Part shown: in pieces, positions 1 to 9,828 of the stretch
How positions within the stretch are numbered: the stretch's first letter is position 1
How the letters are laid out: each line of letters starts with the position of its first letter
Source: an uncultured Clostridia bacterium
GTDB lineage: Bacteria; Bacillota; Clostridia; TANB77; CAG-508
Length of the DNA: 64,000 nucleotides
Direction of reading: 5' to 3'
NCBI GenBank assembly: GCA_944386695.1
Contig: CALXCB010000001.1
Span: 70,620 to 134,619 of the forward strand
Notes under the pieces: model-generated
The model's input: the letters and a program-made list of their open reading frames with translations, nothing else
Database searches by the model: none
Told to the model about the DNA's origin: nothing
Translations under genes and position numbers: made by a program

Positions 1-752
1 GTATTGTTATAAATAGTAATTTTATTTCTGGCAAATCAAATGTATTTATAATAACATATAAGATTAGTGGTAAATCTATAACAAATACTATTGCTAAAGA
101 AATAATTGCCTGTTTTAATGATATATGTTTTTTTATTAATAATACTATTAATAATGGTATTACAAATACTGGTAAAAAGAAATATGATGTACCGGTATGC
201 ATATCCAGAAAGTGCAAGTATTATAAAACCAATATATAAAAATCGCATTTTCTTATTTCTTAATGCTTCTAGTATAAAAAATACTGACCATAAAATCAAA
301 TCTGGAAATAAATTTGATTCTAATCCCCATCTGCTTTTCATTATATGCCATGGACAAATTGCAAAAAAGAATAATCCAATTAATGCTACTTTTTTATTTA
401 TATTTCTTTTTAATAATTGATAAAATACAAATAAAGATATACATCCAACAATAGCCATTGGTAATCTAATTGCAAATACACTATTTCCAAATATGGCAAT
501 AAATATTGTCATAATATAGGAATATAATACATTTTGTCCACTTCCCCATGCAATAAATTGCACAGGAAAAGATTTATTATGTCTATCTACTCCTTCATTT
601 AAAATTGAGAAAGCTTCATATCCTGCTGATGCTTCATCTTGGTTTAATCCTTTAGGCAATATATCAATACAAACTAATCTTACTAAAATACCAATTATAA
701 AAATCAGACAAAGTAAGATTTTGTACTTATTTTGTAAGAGTTTTTCTTTCAT
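1..752 (-). CDS. GT-C superfamily membrane glycosyltransferase (ArnT/PMT_2-like). The 3' end runs off the window. Frame broken at CGG 192-194.
   Basis: N-terminus (MKEKLLQNKYKILLCLIFIIGILVRLV..GLNQDEASAGYEAF..RLPMAIVG) is typical of polyprenyl-P-sugar dependent GT-C enzymes. After TAC CGG TAC the listed frame degenerates and stops at 36. The +1 frame (YGTSYFFLPVFVIPLLIVLL...) stays open for 64 codons to position 1. Confidence 0.6.
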
Positions 753-764
753 AATAGCCCCCTT

Positions 765-1727
765 TTATTTTGTATCTAATTTTTCATTTGTTTCTTTTTC
801 TCCATTATATTCATTTACAAAATATAATGGTCTATTTTTTGTTTCATTGAAAATTCTTCCTAAATATTCTCCAACTATTCCGAACAATAAAATTTGAATT
901 CCAGAGAAAAATAATATTAATAATATTATAGCTTGAAAGGCTTGTACCATAGTATGTGTTACAAAACATTTAGCAATAACATAAATTGCATAAATTCCTA
1001 GTAAAACAAATGTAGGAATAGCAAAGTATGTAGCAAGTCTTAATGGAGATGTTGTAAAAGAAGTAATTCCATTTATTGCTAAATCAAATAATTTAATATA
1101 ATTCCATTTTGTTTTTCCTGCGACTCTAGGTGGTCTATCAAATAATACTTCTTTTTTCTTATATCCCATCCAGCTAAACATACTTTTTAAGCATCTTTCA
1201 GACTCTGTCATTTTTCTTAAAGCGTTAATACATCTTTTATCAATTAATCTATAATTTCCCGTATCTTTCTGAATTTCTACATTGGTCATTTTTTGTAAAA
1301 CTCTATAGTACATTTTTGAAGTAAATTTTTTAAAAAATCCTTCTCCTGTCCTATTTCTTCTTCTTGCATATACATCATCATAGCCTTCTTCCCAATGTTT
1401 CACAAGTTCTGGAATTAGTTCTGGGGGATCTTGCAGGTCTGCATCCATAAATATTGCACAATCTCCTGTTACATAATCAATTCCTGCTGCCATTGCAATC
1501 TCTTGTCCAAAATTTCTAGAAAAATCTACATAATTATATCTTTCATCTGCTTGTCTAAAACTTTTTATAATTTCAAGTGATTTATCTTTACTACCATCAT
1601 TTACAAATAATATTTCAAAATCATAATCTTGCATTTGTCCCATTATTTCATTTAATTTTTCATGTAAAAATGGTAATGATTCTTCTTCATTATACGTAGG
1701 AATTATAATAGATATCTTTTTTTTCAT
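765..1727 (-). CDS. GT2 polyprenyl-phosphate glycosyltransferase (GtrB/ArnC-like)
   Basis: IIIPTYNEE..VNDGSKD..MDADLQDPPE motifs plus two C-terminal TM helices, the standard GtrB architecture. Confidence 0.85.
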   Translation of the reverse strand: MKKKISIIIPTYNEEESLPFLHEKLNEIMGQMQDYDFEILFVNDGSKDKSLEIIKSFRQADERYNYVDFSRNFGQEIAMAAGIDYVTGDCAIFMDADLQDPPELIPELVKHWEEGYDDVYARRRNRTGEGFFKKFTSKMYYRVLQKMTNVEIQKDTGNYRLIDKRCINALRKMTESERCLKSMFSWMGYKKKEVLFDRPPRVAGKTKWNYIKLFDLAINGITSFTTSPLRLATYFAIPTFVLLGIYAIYVIAKCFVTHTMVQAFQAIILLILFFSGIQILLFGIVGEYLGRIFNETKNRPLYFVNEYNGEKETNEKLDTK

Positions 1728-1759
1728 ATATTAAATCCTTTCTATTTTTCCATTATTTA

Positions 1760-2707
1760 TTAATCTATATTTATTGTTTTATCTATTATATATTGTGGTC
1801 TTGATTTACTCTCGTCATAAATTCTTCCTATATATTCTGACATAATCCAAATAGAAAGTAGCTGTACACCGCTAAATAATGTTACTGTAACCATAATAGA
1901 TGTCCAACCTGCAGTTAAATGGTTTAATCCAAATATATAAGAAACCAAAGAGTAAATTAATATTATTATAGAAATAACTATAGCTAATATTCCTAATGCT
2001 CCTACCATCTTTAAAGGTTTTGTTGAAAATCCTATTATACCATCAGAAGCAAGTTTTAACATTTTCTTTAAAGGATATTTTGTTTTTCCAGCAAAACGTT
2101 CTTTTCTTTCATATTCAAAAGGTATTTGCTTAAATCCTATCCAGCCCCACAAACCTCTTAAAAATTTATTATGTTCTGGCATTGAATTCATAACATCTAC
2201 TACTTTTCTATCTACTAATCTGAAATCTCCTGTATCTTTTGGTATATCAACATCAGATAAAGCATTTAAAGTTTTATAAAACATTTTAGCTGTTAATAAT
2301 TTAAATACAGATTCTCCTTCTCTTGTTTTACGTTTTCCATATATTACTTCATTTCCTTCTTCCCAAAGTTTAAGCATTTCTGGAATTAATTCTGGAGGAT
2401 CTTGTAAATCCGCATCTATTATAACAACACAATCTCCTGTTACATACTTTAAACCTGCTGTTACAGCACATTGATGTCCAAAATTTCTTGCAAAAGAAAT
2501 TACTTTTACTTTTTTATCGTTTTTAGCGATTTCTTCTAAAATAGGTAAAGTTTTATCTTGACTTCCATCATTTACACATATTAGTTCATACTCATATCCT
2601 TCTATTTTGCTTAAAACTTCACTCATTCTATTATAACATTCTTTAGCTACTTCTTCTTCATAATACATTGGTATAACTACTGATACTTTTTTCATATTTT
2701 TCAACAT
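1760..2707 (-). CDS. GT2 polyprenyl-phosphate glycosyltransferase (GtrB/ArnC-like), tandem paralog
   Basis: VVIPMYYEE..VNDGSQD..IDADLQDPPELIPE, with C-terminal TM helices. Clearly paralogous to 765..1727. Confidence 0.85.
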   Translation of the reverse strand: MLKNMKKVSVVIPMYYEEEVAKECYNRMSEVLSKIEGYEYELICVNDGSQDKTLPILEEIAKNDKKVKVISFARNFGHQCAVTAGLKYVTGDCVVIIDADLQDPPELIPEMLKLWEEGNEVIYGKRKTREGESVFKLLTAKMFYKTLNALSDVDIPKDTGDFRLVDRKVVDVMNSMPEHNKFLRGLWGWIGFKQIPFEYERKERFAGKTKYPLKKMLKLASDGIIGFSTKPLKMVGALGILAIVISIIILIYSLVSYIFGLNHLTAGWTSIMVTVTLFSGVQLLSIWIMSEYIGRIYDESKSRPQYIIDKTINID

Positions 2708-2748
2708 TCCTTTCCTAATCCTAAACTTAATATTTAACTAATTTATAT

Positions 2749-4302
2749 TTAAACTGCTTCAGAGTTACTTGTAAGTTTTTTAACATCTTTTGTGAAGAAT
2801 TTTTTTAAATTTATTTTGTCAACAATATATTGTATACCAATTGAAGATGCTGGTATAAGCATTATTACATATGGAAGAGTGTATCTTGATTTCATTTCCC
2901 ATATTGTATGGAAAAGTACTCCTCCAATAAAAATGGTAATGATAAGTATTAATTCGTTATTCAAATCTTTTCTGTTTTTTATCATTGCAATCAATGCTCC
3001 ACCATATATTAAAATTGTTAATGCTTTTTGATATATTTCTCCTTTTTTGTATTTATTTTCTTCCATAATTTGTTTCATTACTTGATCTTTGTCATCACCT
3101 ACTACATTATACCAAATACTTTCAAAATATGGATCCATCCACCCTGATATTGTTTTATCTTTATAAAAATAATATGTATATTTAGGTTTTTGCAATAATT
3201 CTTTTATTCTTGCTTTTATTTTCTGTGGATATGTATAATGTGCAAGTGGAGTATCTTCCCATGCTTCATTTGCTAAATCACTATACCAGCCATTTGCTCT
3301 ATAACTTTCATTCATTCCTATATAAATCCACACACTTGTTGGCATTGCTTGAGCTGGATCATATTCAAATTTTTTCAAACAATAGTTTTTTACTAAATTA
3401 AATGGTATTAAAGCAATACATAAAAATATAATTATATTTATTATTGATTTAGCAATTTTATTTTTTTCTTTTTCTTGTATCAAGTATAATCCTAAATAAA
3501 TTACCATTGCAATTATGACTATAATATAATTCATTTTTGAGAAATAAGAAAGTCCCATACAAATTGCAGATAATAATAAATTAAAAATACTTTCTTTTTG
3601 CTTATAATTAATTACAAAATATATTCCCATTACACTAAATGCTAGTCCTATATAATCACCATAAACATAAGTAGTTAGCAAAATTAAAGGTATAAATGTT
3701 AATGTCATTATAAGAGAAGCTACTTTACTAATTGGATATTTTTTTTCTAATTTTTTTACTATAAAATATATAAATAAAATAGTAATTATATTTGCTAAAA
3801 CATTTACATATTGTATTAGTCTAAAATTAGTAGTTCCAAAAACTTTATAAAGAAGAGCAAAAATAGAAATTGTTCCTATCTGATTAGGGTATTTTTCTAT
3901 ATATCCATTATTTTTTATACTTTCAAAATCTCCCTCTGCAAACTTTATTGCTAAATCATTTACACTTTTTGAATCATCAATTGGCTCTATTGTTGAACTT
4001 TTTATCCAACTTATTGAAACAAAAGCATAAATTATTAATGAAACAATTAATAAAATCTTTTTTGCAATTTCTACTTTTTTATTGTCTTTGGAAAGTTTTA
4101 AATCTAATATTTTTAATAGTATTAGTAAAACAATATCTATTAATAAATATTTAAATAATCCTAGACTTGTTGTTAAATCTATAAAAACATTTTCAAAGTA
4201 ATTTTTTACAGTTACAATATAAAATAAACTCATTATTGTAAATACTATTAATATGATTATTGCAATAACTGCTATAGTATTTTTTGCTAATTTGTTTAAC
4301 AT
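2749..4302 (-). CDS. Polytopic membrane glycosyltransferase, GT-C/PMT_2-like
   Basis: About 12 predicted TM segments plus a large C-terminal extracytoplasmic region. Sits beside the GtrB genes. Start moved to ATG 4302, preceded by AGGAGG; the ORF track gives 4317. Confidence 0.5.
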   Translation of the reverse strand: MLNKLAKNTIAVIAIIILIVFTIMSLFYIVTVKNYFENVFIDLTTSLGLFKYLLIDIVLLILLKILDLKLSKDNKKVEIAKKILLIVSLIIYAFVSISWIKSSTIEPIDDSKSVNDLAIKFAEGDFESIKNNGYIEKYPNQIGTISIFALLYKVFGTTNFRLIQYVNVLANIITILFIYFIVKKLEKKYPISKVASLIMTLTFIPLILLTTYVYGDYIGLAFSVMGIYFVINYKQKESIFNLLLSAICMGLSYFSKMNYIIVIIAMVIYLGLYLIQEKEKNKIAKSIINIIIFLCIALIPFNLVKNYCLKKFEYDPAQAMPTSVWIYIGMNESYRANGWYSDLANEAWEDTPLAHYTYPQKIKARIKELLQKPKYTYYFYKDKTISGWMDPYFESIWYNVVGDDKDQVMKQIMEENKYKKGEIYQKALTILIYGGALIAMIKNRKDLNNELILIITIFIGGVLFHTIWEMKSRYTLPYVIMLIPASSIGIQYIVDKINLKKFFTKDVKKLTSNSEAV

Positions 4303-4370
4303 TTTTCCTCCTGACATTTTTCATTAGGGTCGGTTCCTTTTGCAAAAAGAACCGTCCCCAATGAAAAATA

Positions 4371-5843
4371 TTAATATCTACATATATTCAATGTGTCACC
4401 TTCAAATATTATTTGTTCATTTTCAAAAGTTGTCCAATCTTCTTGTTTAAACTCTTCTTCCATATCTGAATCAGGTGCTACTAATTCTAAATATCTTCCA
4501 GAATAGTATCTAATTATATATTGTATACTCCAATCTTTATAATAGGCTTTTAGGTTTGTATCTCCTGTTGCAAATCTACCACTATATGTGAATTCTAATG
4601 ATTCATCTTCATATACTGCAAGTTTAGTAATTTTGTTTCCTGTTTCTTTTTCATATTCATCTATTTGGTTTACTATTTTTCTTGTTATTTCATAATCAAT
4701 TGCATTTACTTTATATCTATCTGTCTCTACAACACTAAATCTATAAAATTGAACTACTAATAACACTATACTTAAAATTATAGTAATATATTTAACTTCT
4801 TTATTAATTTTATAATTCATAAACATATACAAAACTAATATTCCAAATAGTGCTGCATATGTATATGTACTCCTTGCAACAAACCAAATTGAATCTGTAT
4901 TTTGCATAAGCTGAGGTGCTACAGTTGCAAATATAACACCAGCTATAATATACACAACTTTTAAAATATCAATTACTTTGTTTTTTATATCTATTTTTTG
5001 TTTTATAATCTCATAAATCAATAAAAGAATTGCTAATATTATAAAAGTCATTAGAAAATATTCTGGTAAAATTCCATATGTTGAAGTTATCATTCCTTGT
5101 GTATTAGTAAATATTTTTTGCAAAGATTCTGACAAAATAATACTTCCACTTACTCTTCCTGATGAATAAAGAATTTTTATAAGAGCATAATCTATAATTG
5201 CAGGTATTCCATAACTTAGTGCTACAACAACATTATTTACTATAAATTGTTTTATATTTTTTGAATATTTTAATATGTATACCAAAGATATTGCAACAAA
5301 TATTCCAACTACTCCTTGATATGAAAAATTAGCTAATAGCATAAAAATAAATGTAGTTATTAAATATTTTTTTTGCTTTGTTTCTAGCCATTTTTTTATA
5401 TCACATACCGCCAATATACACATTAATACTGCAAATACCATTATTCCCTTTTCTATATATAAAAATAATTCTATAGAAAATGCATTTAATATAATAAGTA
5501 TTGGTATGATTTTTTTTGCTATGTTACTTTGTATATCTGGTTTTATCAAATTGTATAATTTATATAAACTAACACTCATACATACTATTGCTAATATATA
5601 TGATAGTAAATATGTAGTTTCTGATTTTAACTCTAATATTTTGGTAATTCCAAAAGCAATAACTAGCACAAATCTTCCTAATGGTGCAAATTGACCTATT
5701 AATTCTCTTAAAGAAAATGTAAGTGTTGCATAAGAGTCAGCTGCAAACTCCATTTTTATAAGCATTCCAAAGAAAATAAAAGTAATTGCTGTAAAAAACC
5801 ATATATTTTTATTTAATAATATCTCTTTTAATTTTTTATCCAT
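4371..5843 (-). CDS. Polytopic membrane protein, possible GtrII-like glucosyltransferase
   Basis: Multi-TM N-terminal two thirds and a soluble C-terminal domain. Call rests on locus context only. Confidence 0.35.
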   Translation of the reverse strand: MDKKLKEILLNKNIWFFTAITFIFFGMLIKMEFAADSYATLTFSLRELIGQFAPLGRFVLVIAFGITKILELKSETTYLLSYILAIVCMSVSLYKLYNLIKPDIQSNIAKKIIPILIILNAFSIELFLYIEKGIMVFAVLMCILAVCDIKKWLETKQKKYLITTFIFMLLANFSYQGVVGIFVAISLVYILKYSKNIKQFIVNNVVVALSYGIPAIIDYALIKILYSSGRVSGSIILSESLQKIFTNTQGMITSTYGILPEYFLMTFIILAILLLIYEIIKQKIDIKNKVIDILKVVYIIAGVIFATVAPQLMQNTDSIWFVARSTYTYAALFGILVLYMFMNYKINKEVKYITIILSIVLLVVQFYRFSVVETDRYKVNAIDYEITRKIVNQIDEYEKETGNKITKLAVYEDESLEFTYSGRFATGDTNLKAYYKDWSIQYIIRYYSGRYLELVAPDSDMEEEFKQEDWTTFENEQIIFEGDTLNICRY

Positions 5844-5871
5844 TACTTTCTCCTATATCTTAATTGTAATT

Positions 5872-6648
5872 TTATAATTGTTCTGCAAATCCTTTTTGTA
5901 GTTTATTAAAAATTACATATCCTATAATACACCCTAGTATTCCTATCCCAAAAACAATAAGTATATGTCTTAAATCTATCATTGTTTGATTATAAAATAT
6001 ATCTCTATAAGCATTTATAATATATGTCATAGGGTTATATTTTAATATCCACTGATAATCGGCTGGTATGCTACTTGATGAATATACAATTGGTGCCGCA
6101 TAAAATAATAGTTGTAAAGCTATACCTATAAAATGCTGTAAATCTCTTAAATACACGCATATACTTGATACTATAAAAGAAATTGCTAAAATTATTAAAT
6201 ATTGTGCTATTAAAACTATTGGGTATAATAATATATATTTACTTATTCCAATTCCTCCAAAAATAACAAACCCTAGTATTATAATTGTTGAAATTAGAAA
6301 ATTGACAGTTTCTCCTGTAACAACTGATATTGGTATAATTTCTCTTGGAAAATATACTTTTTTTATTATATTCCCATTTTCTATAAATGTAAATGCTGCC
6401 TTATTTATTGCTGACGAAAAAAACGTCCATGGGATTAGTCCACAGCATAAAAATACTGCGTAATGTGGTTGATCATTTTTTAATATTAATGAAAATATAA
6501 GTGCATAAACTGCTATTTGAAGCAAAGGGTTTAAAAAAGACCATAAAACCCCTAAAAAGGAATTTTTATATTTACTCCTTACTTCTTTTTTTACACTTGT
6601 TTTTAATAATTCTCTATAATTGTATAAATTTTTAAATACGTTTTCCAT
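5872..6648 (-). CDS. ABC-2 type polysaccharide/teichoic-acid export permease (TagG/Wzm-like)
   Basis: 258 aa with 6 TM segments. Matches the ABC-2 permease pattern (YRELLKTSVKKEVRSKYKNSFLGVLWSFLNPLL). Confidence 0.85.
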   Translation of the reverse strand: MENVFKNLYNYRELLKTSVKKEVRSKYKNSFLGVLWSFLNPLLQIAVYALIFSLILKNDQPHYAVFLCCGLIPWTFFSSAINKAAFTFIENGNIIKKVYFPREIIPISVVTGETVNFLISTIIILGFVIFGGIGISKYILLYPIVLIAQYLIILAISFIVSSICVYLRDLQHFIGIALQLLFYAAPIVYSSSSIPADYQWILKYNPMTYIINAYRDIFYNQTMIDLRHILIVFGIGILGCIIGYVIFNKLQKGFAEQL

Positions 6649-8951
6649 TAATGTTTCTCCAATCCTATTATTTGTTTTAGTTTATCATAAATTCCTAGTT
6701 TCCTCAATATAACTACTATTGGATGCTTTATTTTATATTCTAAAGTATGTTCATAAAATTGCTCTTTTTGTGCTTTTTTATCATATTTTAATATAATATG
6801 AATATTTTCTTGATTAAATTTATTTGCCATCCATTCATACTCTGCTTTACTTTCTAATAGATACTGTGTTATAAGTTCTTTAGTAATCCTCATATTTTTC
6901 TTTAGTCCATATCCATTTTGAACTTTATTTTGATTTGGATTTTTTTTCAAATTTTTAAATTCATTGTCCATTCTCTGGATCATATTATCTATAGTAAATC
7001 CATTTAAAATTCTTTTCCTACAATTATTTTTATATTTTTCTATATTATTTAAAATTTTTTCAATTCCTTGAACATAATTCAATATTTCTTCTTCTTTATA
7101 ATTATAATCCCAAATTTCAGTTTCTTTTTGCATACAAGGCACAACTACTCCTACTGTCTCATTTATAAGTTCTTTTTGTCCCCCTGCATCTACAGAAACA
7201 ACTGGCACTCCCATAGCTAATGATTCATATGATGTTAATGCTAGACCTTCTTTTATAGAACAATTTACAGTTAAATCACTTATTTTATATACTTTTTCAG
7301 TTTGTTTTATATTTCCTAAAAATTTTACTTTTTCATTTAAATTATATTTATTAACTCTTTTCTTTACTTCTGGTAAAAATGGTCCATCTCCTGCAATAAC
7401 TACTATAAAGTCATCTCTTCTTTTATTTAATTCTTTTAGAATTTCTATAAATAGATATGGCCTTTTTTGTTCTGCAATTCTACATATATAGCTTATTATA
7501 AATCTTCCATTTGAAGAAATACCATATTCTTTTAATATTTTTTCTTTACTTAATAATTCTGGATTAAAAATTTTTTCATCTACTCCTATATATATAGTTT
7601 CAATTTCATTTTCTTTCCTTCCAAAATGATTAATAAATATTTTCTTACTATTTCCATTACAAGTATAAGTTTTATCTATTATAGACTCATAGCTGCTTGA
7701 ATCTCGTGAAAATCCTCCATTTCTAGAATACCATTCTTCCATATGAACATAATCACAAATTGGAATTTCTGGATATTTTGCTTTTAAATATGGTAATGCA
7801 TTATAACCAAATTGACTATTGGTATTAAAAATAATATCTATATTATTTTTTTCTATTATATAATTAATAAAACTTATCCAATTTTTTCTATCTAGAAAAC
7901 TTGTTAAGTCATATACTGTAGCATATTTTTCAAAGTCTTGTCTCCACTCATTGGTACTTGGAAGCATTGAAAGAATAGTAAATTCATATTTTTCTTTATC
8001 TATTCTAGAAATTAAATCTAAATTAAATTTATCAGCTCCACCTGTTACCATCCATGGAATTATCATTAAAATATTTATTTTTTTATTTTTCTTTTGTTTT
8101 ACCTGCACAATTGAAGTTTGCTTTTCAACTATTTCTTCCCAATCATAATCTTGTTTTGGATATTGAATTCCTGGCTTTGTATAAACTATATCTCTTTTTA
8201 TATTATCTACTAATTTCATTGCTCTTTTTTTATTTCCAGAATTAGATTTTCTAAGTTCACTCTCTTCCTCTGGCTTTATTCTATACCATGTAAGTAAAGA
8301 ACTTATTCTAACAGGAAATTTTCCAGCTTTTATTAGTTTTAACCATAAACACCAATCTTCATATATTTTCTTTTCTTTTAATCCAAATCCGCCTACTTCT
8401 TCTAAAGCATCTTTTCTTACAAATGAGCACATCATTAATATATTTTCATCTTTTTCCCATTCCGGATTATACCATTTTCTCCATAAAAACTCTTGCCCAT
8501 CAAAATTGATTACATCGGTACATGCCCAAGATGCTTCTGGGTTTGTCTCTAATGCCCAATAACAACATTCAAAATAAGTTTTATCAACTTGATCGTCAGA
8601 ATCTAAAAACATTATATATTTAGTTGATTTATTTGTTTTTGCTAATCCATAATCTCTTGCTGCCGCTGGTCCTTCATTTTTTTTGTGAAATACTCTTATT
8701 CTATTATCAAGATTTTCAATTTCTTTTAATTTTATTTTTGCTTCTTCCTCTGTTGATTCATCATCTATAATTATCCATTCCCAATAAGGAAATGTTTGAT
8801 TAAATATTGAATTAGCTGTTTCTTCTATATATTTTTGAGAGTTATAATATGGTGTAATAATTGATATTATTGGTTCTTGCTTTTTATCTATTTCAAAATC
8901 TATCTTATTTAAATTTTTTCCTGGATTTAAAGTATAATCTATTTTTAGCAT
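6648..8951 (-). CDS. Bifunctional glycosyltransferase (N-terminal GT2, C-terminal GT4)
   Basis: N-terminal SIITPYYNS..IIDDEST..LDSDD motifs. C-terminal GT-B region with EGLALTSYESLAMGVPVV (E-x7-E-like). Confidence 0.8.
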   Translation of the reverse strand: MLKIDYTLNPGKNLNKIDFEIDKKQEPIISIITPYYNSQKYIEETANSIFNQTFPYWEWIIIDDESTEEEAKIKLKEIENLDNRIRVFHKKNEGPAAARDYGLAKTNKSTKYIMFLDSDDQVDKTYFECCYWALETNPEASWACTDVINFDGQEFLWRKWYNPEWEKDENILMMCSFVRKDALEEVGGFGLKEKKIYEDWCLWLKLIKAGKFPVRISSLLTWYRIKPEEESELRKSNSGNKKRAMKLVDNIKRDIVYTKPGIQYPKQDYDWEEIVEKQTSIVQVKQKKNKKINILMIIPWMVTGGADKFNLDLISRIDKEKYEFTILSMLPSTNEWRQDFEKYATVYDLTSFLDRKNWISFINYIIEKNNIDIIFNTNSQFGYNALPYLKAKYPEIPICDYVHMEEWYSRNGGFSRDSSSYESIIDKTYTCNGNSKKIFINHFGRKENEIETIYIGVDEKIFNPELLSKEKILKEYGISSNGRFIISYICRIAEQKRPYLFIEILKELNKRRDDFIVVIAGDGPFLPEVKKRVNKYNLNEKVKFLGNIKQTEKVYKISDLTVNCSIKEGLALTSYESLAMGVPVVSVDAGGQKELINETVGVVVPCMQKETEIWDYNYKEEEILNYVQGIEKILNNIEKYKNNCRKRILNGFTIDNMIQRMDNEFKNLKKNPNQNKVQNGYGLKKNMRITKELITQYLLESKAEYEWMANKFNQENIHIILKYDKKAQKEQFYEHTLEYKIKHPIVVILRKLGIYDKLKQIIGLEKH

Positions 8952-8978
8952 CTATTTTCTCCCTCTCTAAAAGTATAA

Positions 8979-9725
8979 TTATGCTGTTTGTTTTATATAT
9001 TCTTCTACAACTTCATTTGTGTTTCCATCCATTTTTATTTCTCCATTACATAGCCATACTGCCCTATCACATAATTTTTTTACTGATTGCATACTATGTG
9101 TTACAAATACCATTGTCTTTCCTTTTTCTTTTAGTTCTAGCATTTTAGCAAAACATTTATTTTGAAAATGTTCATCACCAACTGATAATATTTCATCTAT
9201 TAATAAAATATCTGCATCTACATTTATTGCTACAGCAAAAGCAAGTCTCATATACATACCAGATGAGTATGTTCTTACTGGATTATCTATATATGGTCTA
9301 AGTTCAGAAAATTCAATTATGTCTTCTAACCTGTCATCTATTTCTTTTTTTGTTAAACCAAAAATTGATGCATTGAAATATATATTTTCTCTTCCCGAAA
9401 AGTCTGGATGAAAGCCTGCTCCTAGCTCTAAAAGAGACGTTAATTTTCCATCTGTTATTATTTTGCCTTTATTTGGATATATAATTTTTGTCATAAGCTT
9501 AAGTAAAGTTGATTTTCCGCTTCCGTTTGTTCCGATTAGGGCTACAACTTCTCCTTTTTTTATTTTTAAATTAATACCTTTTAAAACCTCTCTCTTCTCT
9601 TTTCTATTTCTACTAAATAAAAATAGTAATTTTTCTTTAATTGTGTTTGCTTTATCTAAATATACATTAAAAGTTTTATATACATTATCAACTACTATTT
9701 TATAATCCACTTCTTGTCCTTGCAT
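8979..9725 (-). CDS. ABC transporter ATP-binding protein (TagH/Wzt-like)
   Basis: Walker A GTNGSGKST, signature YSSGMYMRLAFA, Walker B LLIDEILSVGD. Confidence 0.9.
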   Translation of the reverse strand: MQGQEVDYKIVVDNVYKTFNVYLDKANTIKEKLLFLFSRNRKEKREVLKGINLKIKKGEVVALIGTNGSGKSTLLKLMTKIIYPNKGKIITDGKLTSLLELGAGFHPDFSGRENIYFNASIFGLTKKEIDDRLEDIIEFSELRPYIDNPVRTYSSGMYMRLAFAVAINVDADILLIDEILSVGDEHFQNKCFAKMLELKEKGKTMVFVTHSMQSVKKLCDRAVWLCNGEIKMDGNTNEVVEEYIKQTA

Positions 9726-9828
9726 ATTTTTCTTCCTTTCATTATTTTGGAGTATTTATATCTTTTTCTCTTATTATTTACAATTTATATTTTTGGCTAT
9801 TATATCATATTTTAACTTATTGTCAAAA

